From assembly GCA_938008925.1 (NCBI GenBank), contig CALLIQ010000607.1:1-27905 (forward strand): a stretch of DNA of 27,905 nucleotides, in the 5' to 3' direction. This stretch comes from an uncultured Acidimicrobiales bacterium. GTDB taxonomy: Bacteria > Actinomycetota > Acidimicrobiia > Acidimicrobiales > SZUA-35. The translations under genes and the position numbers were made by a program. Below, piece after piece: positions 17,939 to 25,091 of this stretch (its first letter is position 1; every line of letters starts with the position of its first letter). A model generated the notes under the pieces. That model searched no databases, was not told the DNA's origin, and was given only the letters and a program-made list of their open reading frames with translations.

Positions 17939-18343
17939 ATGCTTCGCACCGTCGCCGTCTCTCTCCTGGGTTTGTCTCTGCTCACCGCCTGTGAACGCAC
18001 GGAGGTGAACGGCATCGGTTCCTACACCGGCGACCCGGCGCAGCCTCCGCAGCTCGACGTGGTCGGTTCCGACCGCTGCGCGGCCGGCGAGTGGGGTTTC
18101 GCGTTGGCCGACGCGACGATCCGCAACAACACCGCCGACGTCGCGACCTACGAGGTCGTCATCGCGTTCGAGTCCGATGCGGTGCGGCTCGGTCAGGGGA
18201 GCGCGTGGGTGCGCAGCCTCGATCCGGGCCAGACGAGTGAGCTCACCGTGACCCGTCACCTCGGCGAGGCGGCGGCCGAGCTCACGACGTGTCGCGTCAT
18301 CACCGTGAATCGATGGGAGGCCGACACGACATCTCCGGGTTGA
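17939..18343 (+). CDS. Small lipoprotein with an FxLYD-like Ig-fold domain
   Basis: Lipobox LLTAC; IRNNTADVATYEVVIAF...LDPGQTSEL resembles the FxLYD domain pattern; two further Cys could form a disulfide. Start may be 17933 or 17939. Confidence 0.65.
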   Translation: MLRTVAVSLLGLSLLTACERTEVNGIGSYTGDPAQPPQLDVVGSDRCAAGEWGFALADATIRNNTADVATYEVVIAFESDAVRLGQGSAWVRSLDPGQTSELTVTRHLGEAAAELTTCRVITVNRWEADTTSPG

Positions 18344-18415
18344 GCGCGGCGCAACACGGGCCGACCGAAACGGCTCGTGGAGACCAGCGGCCGCCGGCGT
18401 GTTTGACTGGCGGGG

Positions 18416-19249
18416 ATGATCGACGCCGACTGCCGAGTGCTGAGCTGGAACCTCTGGTGGCGGTTCGGCGGCTGGGAGGCCAGGCAGCCGCTGATCGATC
18501 ACGCCATCGCCGAGGCGCAAGCCGACATCATCGGTCTCCAGGAGGTGTGGCGCACCGTCGCGGAGAGCCAGTTCGATCGACTCGCCGATGCTGCAGGACT
18601 CGCAAACGTGGCCTGGAGCCCCAATCGCCAGCCCGAGCGGTGGCGCTCTCGTCTCGTCGACGGGCCGAACGATCTCGACTGCGGATTGGCGATCATCAGC
18701 CGATGGCCGATCACCGAAACCGCCGAGATCGAGCTTCCGAACGGTGATCGGCCGCCGAGTGGACGAACGGCGCTCGCCGCGGTCATCGAACACCCTCGTG
18801 GACCGCTTCTGTTCGTCACGACGCACCTCGAGCCGCACCCCGCTCGGTCCGCCGTGCGAGTCGATCAGCTCAACGCCGTGGCATCGATGGTGCACGAGCT
18901 GTCGATGCGGTCTGGCTCGGAGCCGTTGCCCTCGATCGTGTGCGGAGATCTGAACGCAGAACCTCACTCCGACGAGGTCCGTCGCTTCAGCGGCTTGCAG
19001 ACCGCCCCGCACGTTGACGACCTCGCCTTCCAAGACGCTTGGCACGTGGCCGGGCCAGAGAACGACCCCGGTTGGACCTGGCGCAAGGAGTGTCCCCACA
19101 TCGCAGCGGGCAATCCGAGCGCCCGAATCGACTACGTGTTCTGCGACCTCCGCAGCCGCATTGCCGGCGTCGATCTCGTCGGCATCGGTCCCTCGACGAT
19201 GTGGCCCTCCGATCACGCGGGCGTGGTCGCCGATGTTCGGCCTGGCTGA
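18416..19249 (+). CDS. Endonuclease/exonuclease/phosphatase (EEP) family protein
   Basis: VLSWNL, IIGLQEV, TTHL, VCGDLNA, RIDYVF, SDHAGV. Confidence 0.92.
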   Translation: MIDADCRVLSWNLWWRFGGWEARQPLIDHAIAEAQADIIGLQEVWRTVAESQFDRLADAAGLANVAWSPNRQPERWRSRLVDGPNDLDCGLAIISRWPITETAEIELPNGDRPPSGRTALAAVIEHPRGPLLFVTTHLEPHPARSAVRVDQLNAVASMVHELSMRSGSEPLPSIVCGDLNAEPHSDEVRRFSGLQTAPHVDDLAFQDAWHVAGPENDPGWTWRKECPHIAAGNPSARIDYVFCDLRSRIAGVDLVGIGPSTMWPSDHAGVVADVRPG

Positions 19250-19276
19250 CGCGCCCCGACCCTGACCGCACGTCGT

Positions 19277-19282
19277 TAGCGT
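19277..19282 (+). promoter_or_regulatory. Putative -10 element (TAGCGT), leaderless VOC gene
   Basis: TAnnnT 6 nt before ATG 19289; no Shine-Dalgarno. Confidence 0.6.
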
Positions 19283-19288
19283 TTCTTC

Positions 19289-19642
19289 ATGGGTCTCGAT
19301 TGGGAACAGGTCGTCGTCGCTGCGAGCGACCCGGTTGCGCTCGGGCGCTGGTGGTGCGACGCACTCGACTGGGTCGTCGTCGACCACGGGCCGGTCGTCT
19401 TCGAGATTCAGCCGGAGGTCGATCGCACACCGGGGATCATGTTCCTCCCCGTCGAGCAGGCCAAGACGGCGCAGAATCGGCTCCACATCGATCTCCGACC
19501 GGATGATCAAGACGGCGAAGTCGAGCGGTTGATCGGGCTCGGGGCGACCCGGGTCGACGTCGGCCAAGGCGACGCGTCGTGGGTCGTGCTCGCCGATCCG
19601 GAGGGCAACGAGTTCTGCGTCCTGTCGGGTCGGGCGCTCTGA
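19289..19642 (+). CDS. VOC (glyoxalase-like) family protein
   Basis: DPVALGRWWCDALDW, NRLHIDL, VLADPEGNEFCV. Confidence 0.92.
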   Translation: MGLDWEQVVVAASDPVALGRWWCDALDWVVVDHGPVVFEIQPEVDRTPGIMFLPVEQAKTAQNRLHIDLRPDDQDGEVERLIGLGATRVDVGQGDASWVVLADPEGNEFCVLSGRAL

Positions 19643-19705
19643 TCGCCAGGTCTCGGCCGGGCCGGGCTCTTTCGCGATGGTCGGGTGCTCGCGCCGCCGG
19701 ATGGG

Positions 19706-19711
19706 TACTGT
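19706..19711 (+). promoter_or_regulatory. Putative -10 element (TACTGT), leaderless SDR gene
   Basis: TAnnnT 6 nt before ATG 19718. Confidence 0.6.
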
Positions 19712-19717
19712 CCAGGG

Positions 19718-20605
19718 ATGAGCTCACAGAACGCTGACACCGTTGCCGTCGTGACCGGATCGAACTCCGGGATCGGTCGATCCGCGGCGGTCGATCTCGC
19801 CGCAAAGGGGTGGAAGGTCTACGGCACGATGCGATCGCTCGACAAGGGCGAGAAACTCGCTGCCATGGCTGCCGACGCCGGTGTCACCGTGCACCCCGTC
19901 GTCTGCGATGTCGCCGACTCCGATTCGGTGAACTCGGCGATCGCCGAAGTGCTGGCCGATGCAGGACAGATCGACGTCTTGGTCAATAACGCCGGCATCG
20001 GCGGAAACGGCGTGGCCGAGGAGACCCCGATCGAGGTCTACGACGAGGTCATGAACGTGAACGTCAACGGCATCGTTCGTGGCGTGCAGGCCGTCGCCCC
20101 GCACATGCGCGAGCGCGGCACGGGAACCATCGTCAACGTGTCCTCCGTCGCCGGACGAATCGCCGCGATCGCCCAGTCTCCTTACGTCGCATCGAAGTGG
20201 GCCGTCGAGGGTCTGAGCGAGGGTCTGGCTCAAGAGCTCGCCCCGTTCGGCATCCGCGTGGTGATCATCGAACCCGGCATCGTCAAGACCGCGATCATGG
20301 CGAAGAACACCGATGCCCCGAACGCTGCTGGGGCCTACGACATGGCGTACCGACGCCTGTTCAACTTCTACATGGCCGGTCTGCAGAACCCGGGCATGCC
20401 CTCAGAGGTCGCCGACGTCATTCACGAAGCCGTCACCACCGACGAGTACCGCCTTCGTTGGACCTGCGGATGGGGCGGGCCCGAGTTGTGCGAGAACCGT
20501 CCGAACGTCAGCGACGAGGACTGGGTCGAGCTCGGAGCAATCGAGGACGATGCCGCGTACAACGAGCGGTTCAAGGAGCTCTTCGGGCTCACGCTCGACG
20601 TCTGA
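19718..20605 (+). CDS. Short-chain dehydrogenase/reductase (SDR)
   Basis: VTGSNSGIG, LVNNAG, NVSSVAG, YVASK (YxxxK). Start moved from 19685 to ATG 19718. Confidence 0.93.
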   Translation: MSSQNADTVAVVTGSNSGIGRSAAVDLAAKGWKVYGTMRSLDKGEKLAAMAADAGVTVHPVVCDVADSDSVNSAIAEVLADAGQIDVLVNNAGIGGNGVAEETPIEVYDEVMNVNVNGIVRGVQAVAPHMRERGTGTIVNVSSVAGRIAAIAQSPYVASKWAVEGLSEGLAQELAPFGIRVVIIEPGIVKTAIMAKNTDAPNAAGAYDMAYRRLFNFYMAGLQNPGMPSEVADVIHEAVTTDEYRLRWTCGWGGPELCENRPNVSDEDWVELGAIEDDAAYNERFKELFGLTLDV

Positions 20606-20680
20606 TCGGGCGTTGATCGACGTTCGATGGTCGGCGGCGGGAACACTCGACGCTCGATGCCATCTGCCGACAGGAATGCG

Positions 20681-22573
20681 GTGACCGAAGTGATTTCCGA
20701 ACACGATCGTTGGCTGTTCAACGAAGGTGCCCACTCGCGCCTCTTCGAACTGCTCGGCCAACAGCCAATCGACGGCTGGGCCGATCAGGGCCGACGCTTC
20801 GCCGTCTGGGCTCCAGAAGCCGAGCGTGTCTGGGTGGTCGGTGACTTCTCCGACTGGAACGTGAACGATGCGTATCGTCTCGAACCGCAGGGTTCGTCGG
20901 GACTGTGGGCCGGCATCGTGCCGACCGCATCGGTCGGTGATCGCTACAAGTTCCGCATCAGCACCAAGGCCGGCTACGACGTCGAGCGAGCCGATCCTTT
21001 CGCGTATGCCGCCGAGCTCCCTCCTGCGACCGCATCGGTCGTGACCGATCTCGACTACTCGTGGGGCGATGCCGATTGGCTGGCGAAGCGCCCGGAAACG
21101 CAGCGTCACGACCAGCCGATCTCGATCTACGAGCTGCACGTCGGATCGTGGCGGCACGCCGAGGCGTATCGGAGCCTTTCGTGGCTCGAACTGGTCGAGC
21201 CGCTCGCCGATCACCTCACCGAGCGTGGCTTCACGCATGTCGAGCTGATGCCGGTCACCGAGCACCCGTTCTACGGTTCGTGGGGCTATCAGACGACGTC
21301 GTACTTCGCCCCCAGTGCTCGCTACGGGTTGCCGACCGAGATGATGGAGTTCGTCGACGCGCTTCACCAGCGAGGCCTCGGCGTGATCCTCGACTGGGTG
21401 CCGTCGCACTTCCCGTCCGACGACTTCGCGCTCGCCAACTTCGACGGATCGCATCTCTTCGAGCACGCCGACCCCAAGGAGGGTTGGCACCCCGACTGGA
21501 AGAGCTACATCTTCAACTACGGACGCCACGAGGTCCGAGCGTTCCTGGTCTCCAGTGCGATGTCGTGGATCGAGCGCTATCACATCGACGGAATCCGGGT
21601 CGATGCCGTCGCCTCGATGCTCTACCGCGACTACTCACGCGAAGCGGGGGAGTGGATCCCCAACGTCTTCGGCGGTCGCGAAAACCTCGAAGCGATCTCG
21701 TTCTTGCAGCAGCTCAATGCGACGATCGGCGAGTCACACCCCGACGTGTTGACCATCGCCGAGGAGTCGACGGCGTTCCCCGGCGTGACCCGTCCCGTCG
21801 AAGCGGGTGGTCTCGGGTTTCACTACAAGTGGGACATGGGGTGGATGCACGACACCCTCGAGTACTTCGCCTTCGATCCGATCCATCGTCGCTATCACCA
21901 CGACGACCTCACCCGCCGTGGGATGTGGGCGTTTTCTGAGAACTACGTACTCCCGCTCTCCCATGACGAGGTCACCCACGGCAAGGGCTCGCTCCTGTCG
22001 AAGATGCCGGGCGACGAATGGCAGCAGTTCGCGAACCTTCGGGTCCTGCTCGCCAACCAGTGGCTGAGCCCCGGCAAGAAGCTGTTGTTCATGGGCCAGG
22101 AGTTCGGCCAGGGTCCGGAGTGGAACCACGACCACCCCGTCGCGTGGTCGCAGGCAGAGTTGCCAGCTCACGCCGGCGTCGATCGCTGGGTGGCCCATCT
22201 CAACGCCCTGTACGCCGACGAGCCCGCACTCCATCGGCGCGAGCTCGATCCCGACGGCTTCGAATGGGTCGTCCTGGACGACGGCGAGAACTCCGTGACC
22301 GCTTGGCTGCGAATTGGCGACGCCGACGACCGGCCGGTGTTGTGCATCATCAACCACACGCCCGTTCCCCGCCCTGGCTACCGCATCGGTGTGCCAGTCG
22401 GCGGAGCATGGGAGGTGTTGGCCGACTCGGATCGATCCGTCTTCGGTGGGAGTGATGCGTCGGCAGACCTCGCGAGCATCGACGCCGCGGGCCCTGGGAC
22501 CCACGGTCGAGCCCAGGCGCTCACCATCGACCTCCCGCCGTTGGCTGCGTTCGTGTTGGCGCCCGCCACCTGA
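20681..22573 (+). CDS. glgB: 1,4-alpha-glucan branching enzyme (GH13), short form without the extra N-terminal domain
   Basis: FAVWAP, IYELHVGSW, ELMPVTEHPFYGSWGYQTTSYFAPSARYG, GIRVDAVASMLY (nucleophile), IAEEST (acid/base), LPLSHDEV. Start is uncertain (20627, 20657 or 20681; AGGA precedes 20681). Confidence 0.95.
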   Translation: MTEVISEHDRWLFNEGAHSRLFELLGQQPIDGWADQGRRFAVWAPEAERVWVVGDFSDWNVNDAYRLEPQGSSGLWAGIVPTASVGDRYKFRISTKAGYDVERADPFAYAAELPPATASVVTDLDYSWGDADWLAKRPETQRHDQPISIYELHVGSWRHAEAYRSLSWLELVEPLADHLTERGFTHVELMPVTEHPFYGSWGYQTTSYFAPSARYGLPTEMMEFVDALHQRGLGVILDWVPSHFPSDDFALANFDGSHLFEHADPKEGWHPDWKSYIFNYGRHEVRAFLVSSAMSWIERYHIDGIRVDAVASMLYRDYSREAGEWIPNVFGGRENLEAISFLQQLNATIGESHPDVLTIAEESTAFPGVTRPVEAGGLGFHYKWDMGWMHDTLEYFAFDPIHRRYHHDDLTRRGMWAFSENYVLPLSHDEVTHGKGSLLSKMPGDEWQQFANLRVLLANQWLSPGKKLLFMGQEFGQGPEWNHDHPVAWSQAELPAHAGVDRWVAHLNALYADEPALHRRELDPDGFEWVVLDDGENSVTAWLRIGDADDRPVLCIINHTPVPRPGYRIGVPVGGAWEVLADSDRSVFGGSDASADLASIDAAGPGTHGRAQALTIDLPPLAAFVLAPAT

Positions 22574-22611
22574 TTCCGCCGGGGCGACGCCACCGCGGAC
22601 GTCTCAGCTTC

Positions 22612-22617
22612 TACCGT
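22612..22617 (+). promoter_or_regulatory. Putative -10 element (TACCGT), leaderless candidate selenoprotein gene
   Basis: TAnnnT 7 nt before GTG 22625. Confidence 0.55.
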
Positions 22618-22624
22618 TCTCCTC

Positions 22625-23296
22625 GTGTTCGACCCCCGGACTCGACGAGCCGCAGCGACGGCGTGTGCGCTGAGCCTCGCGCTCGTCGCCTGTGGTGGCG
22701 GTTCCGAGCCAGACGCGGCCGCGACGACAGCACCGGCGGTGAGCGGCGACACTCCACAGGAGGCGGCGCAGGAGTCGTCACAGGACGAGTCGGCGCCCGC
22801 CACCACGAATGCGGTGAGCGGCGACAGTGCACAGGAGCCAGCACAGGCCGAGCCAGCCCCGGAAGAGCTGGCCGCCCCGATCGAAACCGGCGGCCCCGCC
22901 GACGCGTTGTTGACCGGTGACGTGGCGACGATCACCGGTGGGACGCTCGACCTCGCGTCGCTGCGGGGCACCGACGTCGTGCTCTGGTTCTGGGCGCCCT
23001 GGTGACCGTTTTGACGTGCGGAAGCCCCTGCGGTCGCAGAGGTGCAGAACAACCTGGGAGACGACGTCACGATCATCGGCGTTCCCGGTCTCGGCCAGCT
23101 CGGACCGATGGAAGACTTCGTCGTCGAAACGGGCGTCGAGGGCATCGTGCACGTCCCCGATGTGGACGGCACGTTGTGGGCCCGATTCGGCGTGAGCCAG
23201 CAACGGACCTACATCTACATCGACGATGACGGAACGATGGAGGTGGCGGGGTACGGCTCGCTCGAGGCCGATGTCCGCGACTTGATATCGAAGTGA
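22625..23296 (+). CDS. Thioredoxin-fold (Mpt53/DsbE/TlpA-like) lipoprotein with a UxxU motif; candidate double-selenocysteine selenoprotein, 223 aa
   Basis: Track ORFs 22625..23005 and 23042..23296 are in one frame, joined by TGA CCG TTT TGA CGT GCG GAA GCC CCT..., which gives VVLWFWAPW-U-P-F-U-RAEAPAVAEV. Both TGAs (23003-5, 23012-14) sit at the CxxC positions. The downstream part keeps the fold (VTIIGV, DVDGTLWARFGV, YIYIDDDG). Lipobox LVAC. Confidence 0.85.
23024..23045 (+). promoter_or_regulatory. Candidate bacterial SECIS element
   Basis: GCCCCTGC-GGTC-GCAGAGGTGC: CTGC/GCAG stem, extended by C-G pairs across an A and a T bulge, with a GGUC loop starting 17 nt after the second TGA. Confidence 0.7.
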
Positions 23297-23310
23297 CGCC
23301 AAATCTGCCG

Positions 23311-23324
23311 CAGACCTTGGTCTG
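23311..23324. promoter_or_regulatory. Inverted repeat CAGACC-TT-GGTCTG upstream of nuoA2 (possible operator or hairpin)
   Basis: Perfect 6-bp arms, overlapping the expected -35 position of the TACCAT -10 box. Confidence 0.3.
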
Positions 23325-23340
23325 GGGGTCTCGGTAGCGG

Positions 23341-23346
23341 TACCAT
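23341..23346 (+). promoter_or_regulatory. Putative -10 element (TACCAT) for the second nuo operon
   Basis: TAnnnT 8 nt before GTG 23355; no Shine-Dalgarno. Confidence 0.55.
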
Positions 23347-23354
23347 CCCGACCC

Positions 23355-23720
23355 GTGTCGGACTTCCTCCGCGAGTACATCATTGTCGCGCTCTTCGGTG
23401 CCCTGGCCTTCGGTCTTGTGGCGACCTTCATCGGCCTTGCTGGGCTGATCCGTCCGAGCCGGCCAACGCCCGCCAAGATCGAGAACTACGAGAGCGGCGT
23501 CGACCCGGTTGGGTCGTCGTGGTCCCAGAGCCAGATCCGCTACTACATCTTCGCGTTGCTCTTCGTCATGTTCGACGTCGAGGCCGTGTTCATCTTTCCG
23601 TGGGCCACGAGGTTGGAAGACCTCGGCCTGTTCGGTCTCGTCGAGATGGTCATCTTCATTTTCATCCTCGTGCTCGGCCTCGCATATGCCTGGCGCAAGG
23701 GTGTGCTGCGCTGGGTCTGA
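23355..23720 (+). CDS. nuoA: NADH-quinone oxidoreductase subunit A (cluster 2)
   Basis: KIENYESGVDP, IRYYIFALLFVMFDVEAVFIFPWA, LGLAYAWRKGVLRW. Confidence 0.96.
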   Translation: MSDFLREYIIVALFGALAFGLVATFIGLAGLIRPSRPTPAKIENYESGVDPVGSSWSQSQIRYYIFALLFVMFDVEAVFIFPWATRLEDLGLFGLVEMVIFIFILVLGLAYAWRKGVLRWV

Positions 23721-23793
23721 CCTCGTCAACCCGACTTCGTATTCGTTCGTTCCCGTATCCGACACCGTTCTGATCACACTGTGAGGCGCCCCG

Positions 23794-24303
23794 ATGGGTC
23801 TGGTTGAATCAGGGAAGCTCCCCAAGCCCCTGACCACCTTGTTGAACACCAGTCGCAAGTACTCGCTGTGGGTGTACCAGTGGGGCCTCGCCTGCTGCGC
23901 GATCGAGATGGGCGCGGCCTTCGGGTCGCCTCGCTATGACGTGATGCGTCTCGGCGTGATCCCGCTTCCCGCGAGCCCCCGCCAGGCCGACCTCGTCTGC
24001 GTTTCCGGCACGGTCACCGACAAGATGGCCCCGGCCATTCGCCGCCTCTACGAGCAGATGCCCGAGCCCAAGTACGTGATCTCGATGGGTTCGTGCGCGA
24101 ACTGCGGCGGCCCGTACTGGGACAGCTACTCGGTCACCAAGGGCATCGATCAGATCATCCCGGTCGATGTTTACGTGCCCGGATGTCCCCCTCGGCCCGA
24201 GGCGCTGCTCGAAGGCATCGTGCTGCTGCAGGAGATCATCCAGAACGAAGACATGGCCGAGAAGTGGAACACCGACCCGCTCGCCGTGGGAGTGATCGAC
24301 TGA
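23794..24303 (+). CDS. nuoB: NADH-quinone oxidoreductase subunit B (cluster 2)
   Basis: [50 protein letters not shown]. Confidence 0.97.
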   Translation: MGLVESGKLPKPLTTLLNTSRKYSLWVYQWGLACCAIEMGAAFGSPRYDVMRLGVIPLPASPRQADLVCVSGTVTDKMAPAIRRLYEQMPEPKYVISMGSCANCGGPYWDSYSVTKGIDQIIPVDVYVPGCPPRPEALLEGIVLLQEIIQNEDMAEKWNTDPLAVGVID

Positions 24304-25091
24304 TGACCGACACCACCGAGGAACCCCAGACCGAAGAGGTCGTCGACGAGGCCAGGGTGGCTCTGCTCGAGGCCATGAGCGCAGAGCTCGGCGATGCGCT
24401 GGTCGATTCCCACCTCATTCCCGGCAAGGACCTCATCATCCGAGTCACCTCGGAATCGTGGGGTGACACGGCTGCGTATCTGCGTGAACGCCAGCGTTTC
24501 CGGTACTTCAACTTCTTGTCGGCGATCGACTGGCTGCCGTCGCCCTTCGGCCGCTCGATGGACTCCGAGGTCGACAAGATCGTCGGCGCCGTCGATGGCG
24601 CCGAGGACGAAGCCGGCGAGGAAGAAGAAGCCGGAACCGGCTACGCCGGCGGCGACACCCGCTTCCAGATGCTGGCTCGGGTCAACAGCCTCACCACGCT
24701 GCTGGGCGTCACCGTCAAGGCCGACGTCCCAGACGACGACCTCACCGTCGCCACCTGGACCGGCGTCTACCCCGGTGCCGATTGGCACGAACGGGAGATG
24801 TACGAGATGTACGGGATCTCTTTTGCCGGCCATCCCGGCCTGCGGAACCTCTACCTGCCTGGCGACTTCGAGGGCCACCCGCTCCGCAAGGACTTCCCGC
24901 TCCTCGCCCGCATCGTGAAGCCCTGGCCCGGCATCGTCGACGTCGAACCCATGCCGCCGCTCCCTTCGGTCGCTAACGACCTTTCGCCTGACGGCGAAAC
25001 GCCCGCCGTTGAAGGTGGTCCCTCAACGACGAATCCCGAGGATGGCGGCAGTTCCGAAGGAACTGTGATGAACCCGGAGGGTTCACGATGA
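24303..25091 (+). CDS. nuoC: NADH-quinone oxidoreductase subunit C (cluster 2)
   Basis: FNFLSAIDW, GADWHEREMYEMYGISFAGHPGLRNLYLP, GHPLRKDFPL. Start at ATG 24303 (TGATG coupling to nuoB). Confidence 0.95.
   Translation: MTDTTEEPQTEEVVDEARVALLEAMSAELGDALVDSHLIPGKDLIIRVTSESWGDTAAYLRERQRFRYFNFLSAIDWLPSPFGRSMDSEVDKIVGAVDGAEDEAGEEEEAGTGYAGGDTRFQMLARVNSLTTLLGVTVKADVPDDDLTVATWTGVYPGADWHEREMYEMYGISFAGHPGLRNLYLPGDFEGHPLRKDFPLLARIVKPWPGIVDVEPMPPLPSVANDLSPDGETPAVEGGPSTTNPEDGGSSEGTVMNPEGSR

Noticed and set aside
17864-19567. N-terminal 568 aa of the 870-aa ORF, read as a large APH fusion
   Set aside because: It is antisense to the lipoprotein, EEP and VOC genes; kinase motifs are confined to the last ~300 aa, which have their own -10 box.
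20681-22573. Short GlgB as a truncated pseudogene
   Set aside because: All catalytic motifs are present, and short branching enzymes without the extra N-terminal domain are a known natural form.
22625-23296. Two separate genes (126 aa and 84 aa) or a nonsense-disrupted pseudogene
   Set aside because: Both halves share a frame and form one thioredoxin fold, both stops are TGA at the two catalytic Cys positions, and a SECIS-like hairpin and an intact promoter are present. Sec recoding explains this better. A pseudogene is not formally excluded without seeing selABCD.
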